20,000 bases of DNA from NCBI GenBank assembly GCA_910592345.1, contig CAJVPI010000043.1:49680-69679 (forward strand), written 5' to 3'. The stretch's first letter is position 1; the number at the start of each line of letters is the position of its first letter. Positions 1-10,550 of the stretch are shown here, one piece after another. A program made the position numbers and the translations under genes. A model generated the notes under the pieces. That model made no database searches and was not told the DNA's origin. It was given only the letters and a program-made list of their open reading frames with translations. Source of the stretch: Paraglomus brasilianum (lineage: Eukaryota).

Positions 1-130
1 TTACTCTTAACTTTGAACCATTCGATTCTACATCCAGTTCTAAATTTTTCTTCTTCTTTCATTCACATGTTTTCTTCTATGAATTTTTTTTTATTTATGT
101 GTCTTTTACGCGGTCCACTTTCCGTAAAAG

Positions 131-758
131 AATCGAACAGATGGGACAGCACCATTTTCTCTGATTCAGCCATTTCCATATCGTCAATTCACTGCCGAGG
201 AGAAGCTGTTGACCTTATACGAGCTTAACCTTTGTCCCAACGCTACATTAATATGTAAACCAGCAAAGGTTGTTGTTGGCACATATGATCCAGCAGGAAA
301 TACTTGGAGAATATTAGAGTACAGTTTCAGGGCTGTTGGAGGAATCATGGGAAATATCATAGGAATAGTGTGGAATGCATTAGGATATTTAAACCCATTT
401 AGCTATTCTCAGCGTGCGAATCCAAACAGAGGAAGAAGAGCAAACGGGGTAGATGGAGCAACGAGCGAGCGGCAGAAACAAGAACAAGCGCGATTGTTGA
501 GAGAACAGCAGCGACGCGAAGAAGTGGCAAATAGTAGTAGTGTTGTTGAGGAAGTGGAAATGAGGTGGGTATTAATTAGACGAAACGAATGTTGTTACAG
601 GAATCGATGGTCGCAAAAGCTGAAATATAACATTTATTATTTTATCTCGTAGACGTCGATGGGGGGACAATGTTAAGACATTGTCTCGTGATGGCGATGA
701 AGATGATGAAGAAAAGAGACGATGGACTTACAACGGCAATTCCACCAATCAAGAATGA
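131..758 (+). CDS. UBX-domain protein, UBXN4/erasin (yeast Ubx7)-like Cdc48/p97 cofactor; last two exons (131-564, 653-758), 5' part outside window
   Basis: After acceptor AAG (128-130) the frame reads NRTDGTAPFSLIQPFPYRQFTAEEKLLTLYELNLCPNATLICKP, matching the C-terminal half of a UBX domain. An amphipathic/hydrophobic stretch follows (WRILEYSFRAVGGIMGNIIGIVWNALGYLNPF). An 88-nt GT-AG intron (565-652) joins in frame to RRRWGDNVKTLSRDGDEDDEEKRRWTYNGNSTNQE*, which resembles the xNGNSTxQx C-terminus of UBXN4. Stop TGA at 756-758. Confidence 0.88.
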
Positions 759-3700
759 CACCTAATTAATACTTGTGTCATTGAAATGTGAATCTTTTGT
801 TACAAATTTATTATCTAATGTTTTTGCTTTACTTTTTTACGCAAAAAAATTTTTTTCCTTTTCATTTGATTTTGTGAATATCATTGTTTGGTGACTGACC
901 AGATAATTTGAAGAACATTGGTGATCATATGGTTATGCTAATAATCTTTCTAATGTTTGGTTGTCTGTTGGCAAAGAGAATGATTTAGCCTAGGGCTTTG
1001 TATTTGGTTTTTTGGGTTTTTTTTTTGTTATATATTGGTCTGGCCAAATATTATTAAGGCAAAAAAAAAAAAAGTTCTCTAGCTATTGACAAGAAAGCAA
1101 CTTTAAATTTTCCGAAGAACGTTCTAGTTGTAGTTGGTATTAAATATTAAAATGAATATTCTATATACATGGAGGAAAGAAATCTAGTCTCAAATCACAT
1201 TACCCTTCTGATCTTAATAATGAAAACATGGTAAAGGGGTTTAATATGGACACCAGTTTCATTCTTACAGTATTCTCAACAATTGTCTCCCCAAACCGAC
1301 ATTAATATGGGAACAATTTTTTCTCTTTTAAGTTGGACTGTAATCATAGTTCGATTGTTGGTTTTATTCGTATTCTATTTTATGTTTGCTTGAATAATCA
1401 TACAAGAGCCAAGAAAATATTATCACTATATTAAGAGTTAGTGATAAGACTGTCAAAATAGCTTTATATTAATAAAGAGTGCTTGTATATGTGTCAACAT
1501 AGTATTGCACAATTTCTATGTTATCATTCAATTATCCGTGGCATTTCAATAATATTTTCGGAACTGTAAATAATCTCGCCCGTTTACCTAATTATTTGTT
1601 GGATTGACCTAAAATCAAGACTGCGTATTTGTTATTGTGGCGATCCATTGGGCTTTCGATCTTCGACTTTTTTGTATAGATAAATCAAATAGTAGGAAGC
1701 TTCAACGGCTTTCTGTCATATTCCGTAATATTGTTGATTTATTTTTTTTTCTAGAACATTCATTGTAAAAATTGTGGATCAATATTCTTACTAGTGACAT
1801 TTTACATGCATTGTTCACTCCCTTTTCCAATCATACTAAAAAGGAATAGTATAATATATTATGCATAAGCTCAATCAGAACACAAAAAAACCTGTTGGCG
1901 ATCAGTATCCATACCATGATCGATACGGGGCTTTTGTAGCAAGACTGGCTTGTTCGGTTATTTCAATTAGACTCGTAGACACGCTCCCCATCCATCTTTA
2001 TAATATTCTTCGGGAGCTGACAAATTTTATTGAAATTACAGTGCAGAACATATACGCTTTGAAGCCAAGACTCTTAATAATTCGAGCATCTTTATCGTAC
2101 CCAGCCAGCCAAAGACTCGATGATGATATGAAATAACAGTTGTTTGTTTTGTTTTTTTTTACAACAGTCTTTAGCATCGGATAACTTTGCTTTTCGATGT
2201 CCTTCTCAAGTTTGCTGAATAAGCAACATAATCTGGCAATTTCTTTTGGCTGTATATTATCTAATATATCACAGACATATTTATACAGTGATTATTTTAA
2301 AAAGCTTATTTGCAATGACGGTTGACGCCAACTGTCTAGACCAGAGTTTAACCAAAGTAAGTATGCAAAGGTCGTCATAAATTTGTTACAGTCGCGCCAT
2401 AGTTAGTCAACAAGAATCGATTTTTATTACCTATGACCGCGTTAACCAAGTCAACTTTTGAAACCCATTGTCACGATAATTCACAAATACAATCTATTTC
2501 ATTTACTCGTCTCACAGACTTTTTTAAATCAAAAAGTCATTTATTCGACTTGTTTATTCGACTTGGACATACCTCACAGTTTACTTTACTTGGACCGGGA
2601 ACCAAACTTTCCCCCAGCCCTCGCACTGGTGGTGAGATCACGTTGTACAGGTTGGCCACGATGTTTGGCATAAAGAGGCTGTCATATGCTATTCGTAGGT
2701 ACGACTCTTATAACCGTTCCTACTTTTGCATTTTTTGTAGTATTAATGGTAATGATCGGTGGGAATGAGTAGCATTTCTGCATAATATGTGTGATAAGAC
2801 GCAAAGCATGATATGATACGATATGCCTTTATCATACGATGATGGTTTTTATTTTTAAACTTGCTCGTTCGATTTTGCGACATGAATTAGTGGGAATTGG
2901 CGACAGGGTTTAACGATAACTGGGCCAATACTAAGTAGCCTCTCTATCTAACAAATGAGACAACATGCCCACACACATAATGTTAGGTGGTTTTATATTT
3001 TGCAATAAAATTTGTATAACAAACCTGCATACCCTTTAACAAACATGGCATGGGCGTGGGAAGCTACGAGAGGGGGCTATTACTATGGGGATACAATCAA
3101 GAGCGGAAAGCGAGAGAGAAGCAATGATAAGAACAAAAAGAATAAAGTAGGAATAGTGGCCGAACAAGCAGATAACGACAACCTCATATTTCTTTATTCT
3201 AATTTAGCCTCAATGTTTATTATTATATCAACGTACAGTAAAGTACATGTACATCATGTTGTATCATTGTCTAAATTTGTGATAACAGCGTACTAACTTT
3301 TTTTATTTGGATACACTAACGCCTTCTTAGGTTATTGTTGTAGTATTGTTTATGTATTAATTATGCGAGTTCTCCTTTGCAAGAAAGCTTGTGACGGCAA
3401 TACTAATTAATACAATAGACTGGGTATGACCAAAGTGAAAAGAATGCCCCCACCTTTTCCCCCCGATTCTTTTGCTTTTTTTGTAAGTCTACAATTAGCG
3501 AAACCTGGCAATTGAGCTCATGACCACTAAACGTAAAAACAAATGCTGAACGTACTAATTGCTAATTCGTTCATTTTGTTTCTTGGGAAGCAAAGCAAAC
3601 AAGTGCAGACATCACCTGAGCAGTAGCAACAATGATGGTGACAATAGTTGGTATATTCGAACATACTTTTCCGTTTCACAATTTCTATTTTACCCACGCA

Positions 3701-3881
3701 ATTAGAATTCCTTTACTCTGCATAATCGCCAGTTCAGGATTAAACACTTTTGTAAATATCGTAATGTCGGATCACATTTTAAAAAAGCGACACTATTCAT
3801 GTGATGTCTAAACGCCACAACCACTGATAACAATGTTGCATCAATATATCCTTTTATTACAATTCCTTTGTCGCTTGTCTG

Positions 3882-3892
3882 TATATATAAAG
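3882..3892 (+). promoter_or_regulatory. TATA-like element upstream of the 152-aa gene
   Basis: TATATATAAAG about 155 nt upstream of ATG 4046, followed by an A-rich leader. Confidence 0.4.
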
Positions 3893-4045
3893 CATGGTCT
3901 AACCCACACGAAAACCAGAAAATATCGTCTGAAACTGCAATTCTCGTAAACTGTTTAAAAATAAAAAAAAGAGCCCTGACCACACAGACTATAAAGAAAA
4001 AAAGAGCACTATCCTCTCCTTTTACTCACTTATCGAAACCAAAAA

Positions 4046-4581
4046 ATGACATCCAATCTTCCTATCATGTTGGCAAGAAACTTTCTTGGCGTGGTTCGCG
4101 CCAACTACGAAGACGACGACTCTAGCTCTTCATCTCCCGCTTCTCCCACCTCTCCCACCTCTCCCACCTCTTCTTCCGCGCCTGCGTCACCCAATACCAC
4201 CACTCCGACGTCCTCTTCGTTACCCAACGCCGTTTCGAGCTTCTTCTCGGGACAACCCACTATGCCTCAATTCCACCGTCGAGCCTCCGAGAGCGGGCCC
4301 GCCGACAGTACCATAGTCGAACCCAAAAGGCTACTTGCGCGTAGGTATACGCTTCCTCCAAGAATCGATCCATTTGCAAAGTTTGGAACCCTGCAAGGCG
4401 AAGACAAGGGAAACAGAGTGCCTATGGCGAGGTTCTGGGAGGCTGGTGGTAAAGAAGACTCATCCGTTCAACTTGCTATGGTAAATATTGCACACGTCTG
4501 CTAGTAATAGACGGTATGGACGAGCTTGATATTAATTGAACATTTTAATTTTATTAGGAACATGTTCAATTCGGGTTCTAA
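4046..4581 (+). CDS. Uncharacterised 152-aa Ser/Pro/Thr-rich protein; exons 4046-4480 and 4558-4581
   Basis: ATG in an A-rich context (AAAAAATG) and a GC-richer ORF than the flanks. A 77-nt intron GTAAAT...TTATTAG (4481-4557) splices in phase 0 to give the C-terminus ...RFWEAGGKEDSSVQLAMEHVQFGF* (TAA 4579-4581). ATG 4067 (MLARNF...) is an alternative start. No domain recognised. Confidence 0.75.
4133..4171 (+). repeat. Coding 9-nt tandem repeat (TCTCCCACC x3 plus one variant) encoding SPASPTSPTSPTS
   Basis: Directly visible in the sequence. Confidence 0.9.
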
Positions 4582-4650
4582 ACACAGCCAAAAACAAAAG
4601 AACCAACGACAATCAATTAGAGATAAAGTCAGTTGTAACTGGACTGGCCG

Positions 4651-4690
4651 GGCTGGGCTGATATGGTCAACCTGGCTGGGCTGAAATGGT
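4651..4690 (+). repeat. Direct repeat GGCTGGGCTGA(T/A)ATGGT x2, period 23, in the presumed 3' UTR of the 152-aa gene
   Basis: Copies at 4651-4667 and 4674-4690 with one mismatch. Confidence 0.85.
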
Positions 4691-5954
4691 TCGGGGCTGT
4701 AATCTCTATTACCTATGGCATTATTGATGTTCTAACAACGACCTATAGAATATACCGACCGGCTGATGGAAACTTTGGCTCTCTCAACATGGTAATCGTG
4801 CAGTCATTACGGTGACTGTTCAGATGAAAAACACTTGTATCGACTACATCAAGAATCACTCACATTTGAAAGATGTATATTTCGTAGTAAGCGCGAGAAA
4901 CTGTAGCATAATGCAATGCTTTTTGGTCCAACTTATACTATATTTCACACTATATATATATATACATATATACATATATACCATACAACTTCCTTTTAGT
5001 ATTTACACGCTTTTCTTGTATATAGGTTTTTGGCATCACATCCACCCTTTTCTTATAACCGTAATGGTTTCTGCGAACACTTGTAAAACGATGGATATTA
5101 CATAAAGAAACAGAATTGGCTTACTGTAACTAGTTGTAATCCCGTTAGTATGTGATATATAACATTTAATTCCCGAATTATGTGTGTATGTTACAGACGG
5201 TGATGACCCATCGCTATATTGAACCTGATTTTCCGATGTTTGTAATGTAAAAGGAGAGAAAGTTTTTGGTTGTAGCAGGGAAATCTGAACATTTACTTTT
5301 TTTTCTTTTTCTTTTTCTTTAATTTAATTTATTTTCTTATTGGGTTTTTCGTTTAATATTGGTTCTCGGGGGAAAAAGATTTGTAATGTACTCGTATCGT
5401 AGCCCCCGAATTGGTTGCAAATATAATAAAAAAGAAAATATGCAGTTGTCTTGGGCATTTCCAATCAGTATCGTGTACAATTTGTTCACACTTGTCTCCG
5501 ACTATACACGATTGTTAGGTTATAGCATACTTTTCCCTATATAACATATATATAACTTTATCGCGTTGTCCCGGAACAAACACTTTTAGACAGTCATTTC
5601 GTCATAACTAAATCCTGGTATTATTACAAGTATTGTCGTGAATGAATTGTAAACGGTAAGCTATTGTTACGTCGAACGTAACTAACTAATTGACGCCTTT
5701 CCTCGATCCCCTTTTTTTATCAGAAAGCTTATTTAGTTAACAAAGAACGCGTCAGCCGCATGATTCCACCACCCCCCGAACTTTCAGCAATGCAAGGTAA
5801 TTTGTATGCATCTTGAGATGCTGTGTGTGGGGAATTTATTTTAACCGAGTGTTCGCTGCCCTAATTAATATTAATTACGTTCTCTCTCCGCAATTCCCTA
5901 CAGTTGGGAAATGTTACGCAAAACTTACGCAAAACTTTCACGCTGATTTGGAAA

Positions 5955-6030
5955 GGGGGAAGTGTGGGGTGTGGGAGATGGGAGATGGGAGATGGGAAAT
6001 GGGAAATGGGAAATGGGAGACGGGAAATGG
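5955..6030 (+). repeat. G-rich heptamer array (TGGGARA x8) with G-quadruplex potential
   Basis: Eight units at 5972-6027 (one starts with C), preceded by G5 and G4 runs; ten G>=3 tracts in total. Confidence 0.9.
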
Positions 6031-6477
6031 CAAACAACTTGTGTGCGTGCTTGAGAATGAGCGCCAAACCGAAAAATACACATCAAATATGAATGACAAA
6101 GTATTCCACATTTTTATTCCTTGCATCATTGAAAAATTCAGTTTCAAACATCCAAAAAAAAAAAAGCTAAAACAAATAAAAATAACAAATAATGAGCCAT
6201 TCGACTGTACCACTTGCAGGATTTCTGCCAAGTTTAACACAAATCTCTACAAGTTCAATACTGAAAAGGTAAAAAGGTATAGAAGAGATACATGAATAAT
6301 AAGTAGAAACATTTCCATAATATTTCTATCATGGAAGGTATAGAATATAATAAATGGTGCGAAAATATAGTGAAAATGATATGTAAAACTGAATAATAAA
6401 CGAGATAATAAACTAGATGCACGACGTCTGGATAATAAAAGCCGTAAGTCGAGGAGGGACAGGAATTTCATCACCTC

Positions 6478-6542
6478 ACAACCACTACAACCTACAACAC
6501 CACTACAACCTACAACCTACAACACCACTACAACCAACAACT
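6478..6542. repeat. Compound CTACAAC / ACCACTACAAC minisatellite
   Basis: Repeated CTACAAC units interspersed with ACCA, directly visible. Confidence 0.85.
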
Positions 6543-6739
6543 AGCACGAAATAAAAGATAGGAACGAATGTAAAAAGAAATGAAAAAAGAAAATACATAC
6601 AAGAAATAAAAAAAAAAGGTTTCAAGAGAGATTTTAAAAAAGTGTCCTATTTTCTCGTGGCAAATCTATTTTTACAAAGAATGTTTATGCAAACAAGCTT
6701 AGACCTCATCGATAAAATCGGCAAGCCACTTGACGCGAA

Positions 6740-6776
6740 AGAGAGAGAGAGAGACATGGAGAGAGAGATGGGAGAG
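6740..6776. repeat. Interrupted (GA)n microsatellite in the 3' flank of the 940-aa gene
   Basis: Directly visible. Confidence 0.85.
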
Positions 6777-6880
6777 TAAACGAAAAAAATATAATACAAG
6801 GAAAGGTAATGGTAGTAGGATGTAAAAGTTCTCTATAAGTAGTCTAGTTTTCATCAATAGTTCAATGTTCGATTAATGTG

Positions 6881-9800
6881 CTATATGCTATTTCGTCGTA
6901 CCCAAGTGCGGGCCGGAGGAACTGTACTCGATCTTTTCCTTTTCTTTGCAACCGTCGAGTTTCTTGCACATTTCACTGTACCATCTTTTTCACTACTGCC
7001 ACTACCAGACCTAATTTTCGCCGTCTTCATTACCCATCCATCAATCTCACCAAACGGTCCTCTGCTCGGACGACGTATTATGACACTGCGCACACGCCGA
7101 ACATTTTCTTTCTCCTCGGTCATCGGTTCATACGACGTTGAAGGGGTCCAACGGAAGGCTGCCGGGAAAGATCCAGGAATGTCGAGTTCGATTTCATCGT
7201 CGTCGATTGGCGATGATAAAAGAGACGCCGAATGATGGTCTTTTGTCAAATTGGGGTCGTTTGCAATGTTCATGCCAGAGTCGTAGCAATTTTCCAAATA
7301 TTGATTTACCCCCGAGTTTGACGTTTTTCCTATTTGCTTGCCGAATCCAAATGCGTGTTTATCACTTGACCGTTCCATAGGACGCCCATTTATAGACATG
7401 GTTCCCTCTTTATTCGATTCCGAGTTTTTGAATGGTCGCTGTCTGACGTGTCCCGCACGCTTCGTATTCCTATTTTTAGTAATCATCAATTCGTCTTCAT
7501 TATTATCCGACTCTTCTTCTTCTCCTTCGTCTTCACTGCTGTCGAACCAATCTACAATCTCCCATTCTTCTATTTCTTCGCTCCCCTCGTCTTCGTTTTC
7601 TTCTTCTATCCAATTTCCATGTCCACTCCATTTACCACTCGTTAGAAATCTTCCACTTCGTTTGCCAAAGCTCCATACTCCCGCTGCACCCTCTCTCCAC
7701 CAACTTCGTTTTCCTATCCCGCTCCACGCTACGGCTTTTATTTTAGGACGTGTGAGAAAATTGACGTTTTTTTTTTTACCGTCATCAATTGTTCGTGTAG
7801 AATCTTGATGAGATTGGTAGTCGTAGGAAGAATTGTAACTTACGTATGGGTTATAGTAACTATTACTGTATCCATTGTTTAGTAGTCCGAATGGTTGAGT
7901 AGGTTTCAGCATATCGACCATCCGGATGACTTGCCTACCAGCAACCTCACATAACCAAGCATCCAACACTAGCGAACCGAGGGTAAATAAAAACGTCCAG
8001 TACATCAGATTCATGAACGTCCTAGTCGTGCTCGTGACAGTTCTCGGTGCATTAGGATTATTCGTAGCTTGCAGCGATTCTGACATGAAGGAATGTGTTG
8101 CGTGCAAAAAGGGTAAAATTATTGCACGAGTGACTAGTCTGCATTGCTGTGCGAAATCATCCAAATCAGCCAAGTCGCCGCTTGGATTGTTGATCAACTC
8201 TTGAGTAGAATCAGCATAGTTGACCATAAGTTCTCGTGGTTTGCGAGACTTGTCGTGGGCAACTACCGAGTCCTCATCATCCATAACCTCGTTGATCAAA
8301 TAAGTCACTTGAGTGAGACTATCATCCAACTGTTTATCGAGGGATGCCATGCAATCTACAAATTCTTCTTCTTTTTTAGATTTTTGACGACGATGTTCTC
8401 GTTTCTCGCTCTTGCGTTCACGAGGTGCGACGGCTACACCGACAGGTTCCGTCGCCGCCTTTTTGGTCTCGTCTGCGTTTGGATCCTCTTCTTCAATATC
8501 CTCGCCAAATCCTTCCCAATCAAAGTCTTCGAAAATATCTCGCGATTCTATGCTCGTAGTTGACAATTGACGAAACTTTTTTTCTCTGCCCTTGACGGGT
8601 GCTTCTACAGCAGTTGTTGCTTCAGTCAAAAGACTCGAAACCATATTAAACATGCGAGCAAATGCGACATCTTCTTCGCCGTTATCGTCTTCATCGTCTT
8701 CATCTTTTTCTTTTTCTTCACCTCCGTCTACTTTTTCTTCGTCATCTTCTTCTTCGCCAGTTGTCTCCTCGTTGATAGGTGGAATAACGGATTGTTTTGG
8801 TTTTGATGCTTTCATCAATGGAGACGTTGGTAACGAGGGAATATTTTTCGGGAACGTCCCCGAGAGAGAAGGAGCGCGTGCTGGAGATACGGCACGAGAC
8901 GGTACTCTGGAGGAAGGACGGGATGGTGCTCTGGATGGAGCTCTGGATGGAGGACGAGATGATTGTCTTGATATGGTATGTGATGGAGCCAAATAAGTCG
9001 CCGGGGCTGTAGGTGAAGGCGATAAATGTGATGTAGTCTCTTCTTGTGATTGTAGTTGGATGGGTTTGTACAGAGCTGTCATTTCCAAGTCTTCTAAATT
9101 TACGTCTGGTTTTATGAGGTTTGCCGCGGCTGCCAATCTTTCGTCGAGTTGTCGTTTGATTTCACTTGATGCGATGAGATTCTCGGTGAGTGCCTGGGGG
9201 TGAGATAATTACAAAAGGAAATTTGTTATGAACGTTCAAATTCGTAAACTCTTTGAAATGCTCGACCAATCGATGCTTGTTAAAAGTAAGCATTTACCTT
9301 CATGGTGACAACTTGCTTCATGACTTCTTCGCTTGTTATTGTTTCTTGCTTGTCTTGCATCTTTTTAAGAACGTTTTGGACACTGATAATAGAGAAACAT
9401 ATGGTTAATAAGACGGTAATGCATGATGATGACATCAGCATAATACGACTTGCGCGCGCGCGACTTACTCTGACAATTGAGACTTGAGATCATGCATAGA
9501 GGACGTTTGATCGCTGAGTATAGTTTGTAGTGACGAAACTAGAGATTCTAACTGCGTCATCTACAAAAAGCGAACAAGATGATGTCAGCAAACTGATAGA
9601 CTATAATTGTGTAACAATACGATTATGTAATAACAATAACAAGTGATGAACGGGTGGTGGGGAAGTGGGGGAAAGGGAAAGGGAAAGGGAAAAAGGACAA
9701 GCGCGAAAGAACGTTTTCGCAAAGATAAACAGGGATACGTCTTTGAACCTCTTGACGGTATCGACTCTGTCATAGTTGACAGTAACATCCTAATAATAAT

Positions 9801-10171
9801 AAGGCATTTATAATCACAACAATTGTTCACATGCATACCTTATCGAGCATTTCACCGTCCTTGATAACCGTGTCATGATCCGTAAGCATTTCACGACCTT
9901 TTTGGAGTAACTGTTCTAGATCCAAAGTGTCCCACTGTGAGTATGGAGGTGGAGGAGTCTGCAATTCATTGGGGGCCTCCAAGTCCTGTTTCAATTTATC
10001 CACGATTGCAGTGGGTTCTTTGGGTGCAGCAAGTGCATTTTCATCCTTGTTGTTCTCTGCGAGGTTTGTTGGCTTTTCTTTAATGTCGACTATTGGAGTT
10101 GCAGAGATGATAAGCTCTGAGAGCAGTTGGTCAGTTTGTTCTGAGAGCAGTTGGTCAGTTTGTTCTGCCAT
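6881..10171 (-). CDS. Uncharacterised 940-aa protein with coiled-coil-like N-terminus, acidic disordered tracts and a central hydrophobic segment; exons 10171-9839, 9560-9469, 9382-9298, 9193-6881
   Basis: Three GT-AG introns (9838-9561 GTATGC..TTTGTAG, 9468-9383 GTAAGT..ATTATCAG, 9297-9194 GTAAAT..CCCCCAG) join the 114-aa ORF, two short exons (MTQLESLVSSLQTILSDQTSSMHDLKSQLSD, VQNVLKKMQDKQETITSEEVMKQVVTMK) and the 751-aa ORF into one 2823-nt stop-free frame. The start has an ACCATGG context. Hydrophobic stretch FMNLMYWTFLFTLGSLVLDAWLCEV at 8017-7943. Confidence 0.88.
10116..10167 (-). repeat. Perfect 24-nt coding tandem duplication (EQTDQLLS x2)
   Basis: TCTGAGAGCAGTTGGTCAGTTTGT at 10116-10139 and 10140-10163. 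Confidence 0.95.
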
Positions 10172-10550
10172 GGTAATTGTGGTTGAGCAGAAGATATGAT
10201 TCCGTTGTTGTCGTCGTCGTTATTGGTATCAATTTTGTAGTAGCTAATTGACTGTTGGTTATATGTTATAAACTTGAAATTATTGATATGCTCGCCCAGC
10301 GAAGATATAGTGATAATTTTTTTTCCAGGTTTTTTACAAGTGTATATTACAGTAGAATAGGTACGAGCAATGAATGTAATTCACTTTTAGCTGGTAAACG
10401 CGTTAATTTTGTCTTGTAGTTTCCTTTCTTTTGTCAATTATTTTGTTCAGCGTCTACAATCGAGTTTAATGACAGGCCCTTAATATTTTTGTTATAAGTC
10501 TCCAGTTATATGTAAGTATATATATATGGAACGGTGTATATATATATAAA

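Noticed and set aside
3846..4039. ATATCCTTT, a U12 (AT-AC) donor match, with a loose TCCTTTTAC branch and an AC near the ATG of the 152-aa gene
   Set aside because: A 9-mer this AT-rich can occur by chance in 20 kb, the branch site is non-consensus, and the TATA-like box would fall inside the intron.
4651..4690. Short direct repeats as a CRISPR-like array
   Set aside because: Only two copies with a 6-nt gap, in a eukaryotic context with no cas genes.
5813..6295. 160-aa ORF with WEMG repeats and overlapping ORFs
   Set aside because: The repeats are translations of the non-3n TGGGARA heptamer array, open in several frames; not gene-like.
6876..9012. Many plus-strand ORFs (up to 156 aa) overlapping the 940-aa gene
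   Set aside because: Antisense shadows of an acidic, low-complexity coding strand; poly-Ser/Phe translations with no independent signals.
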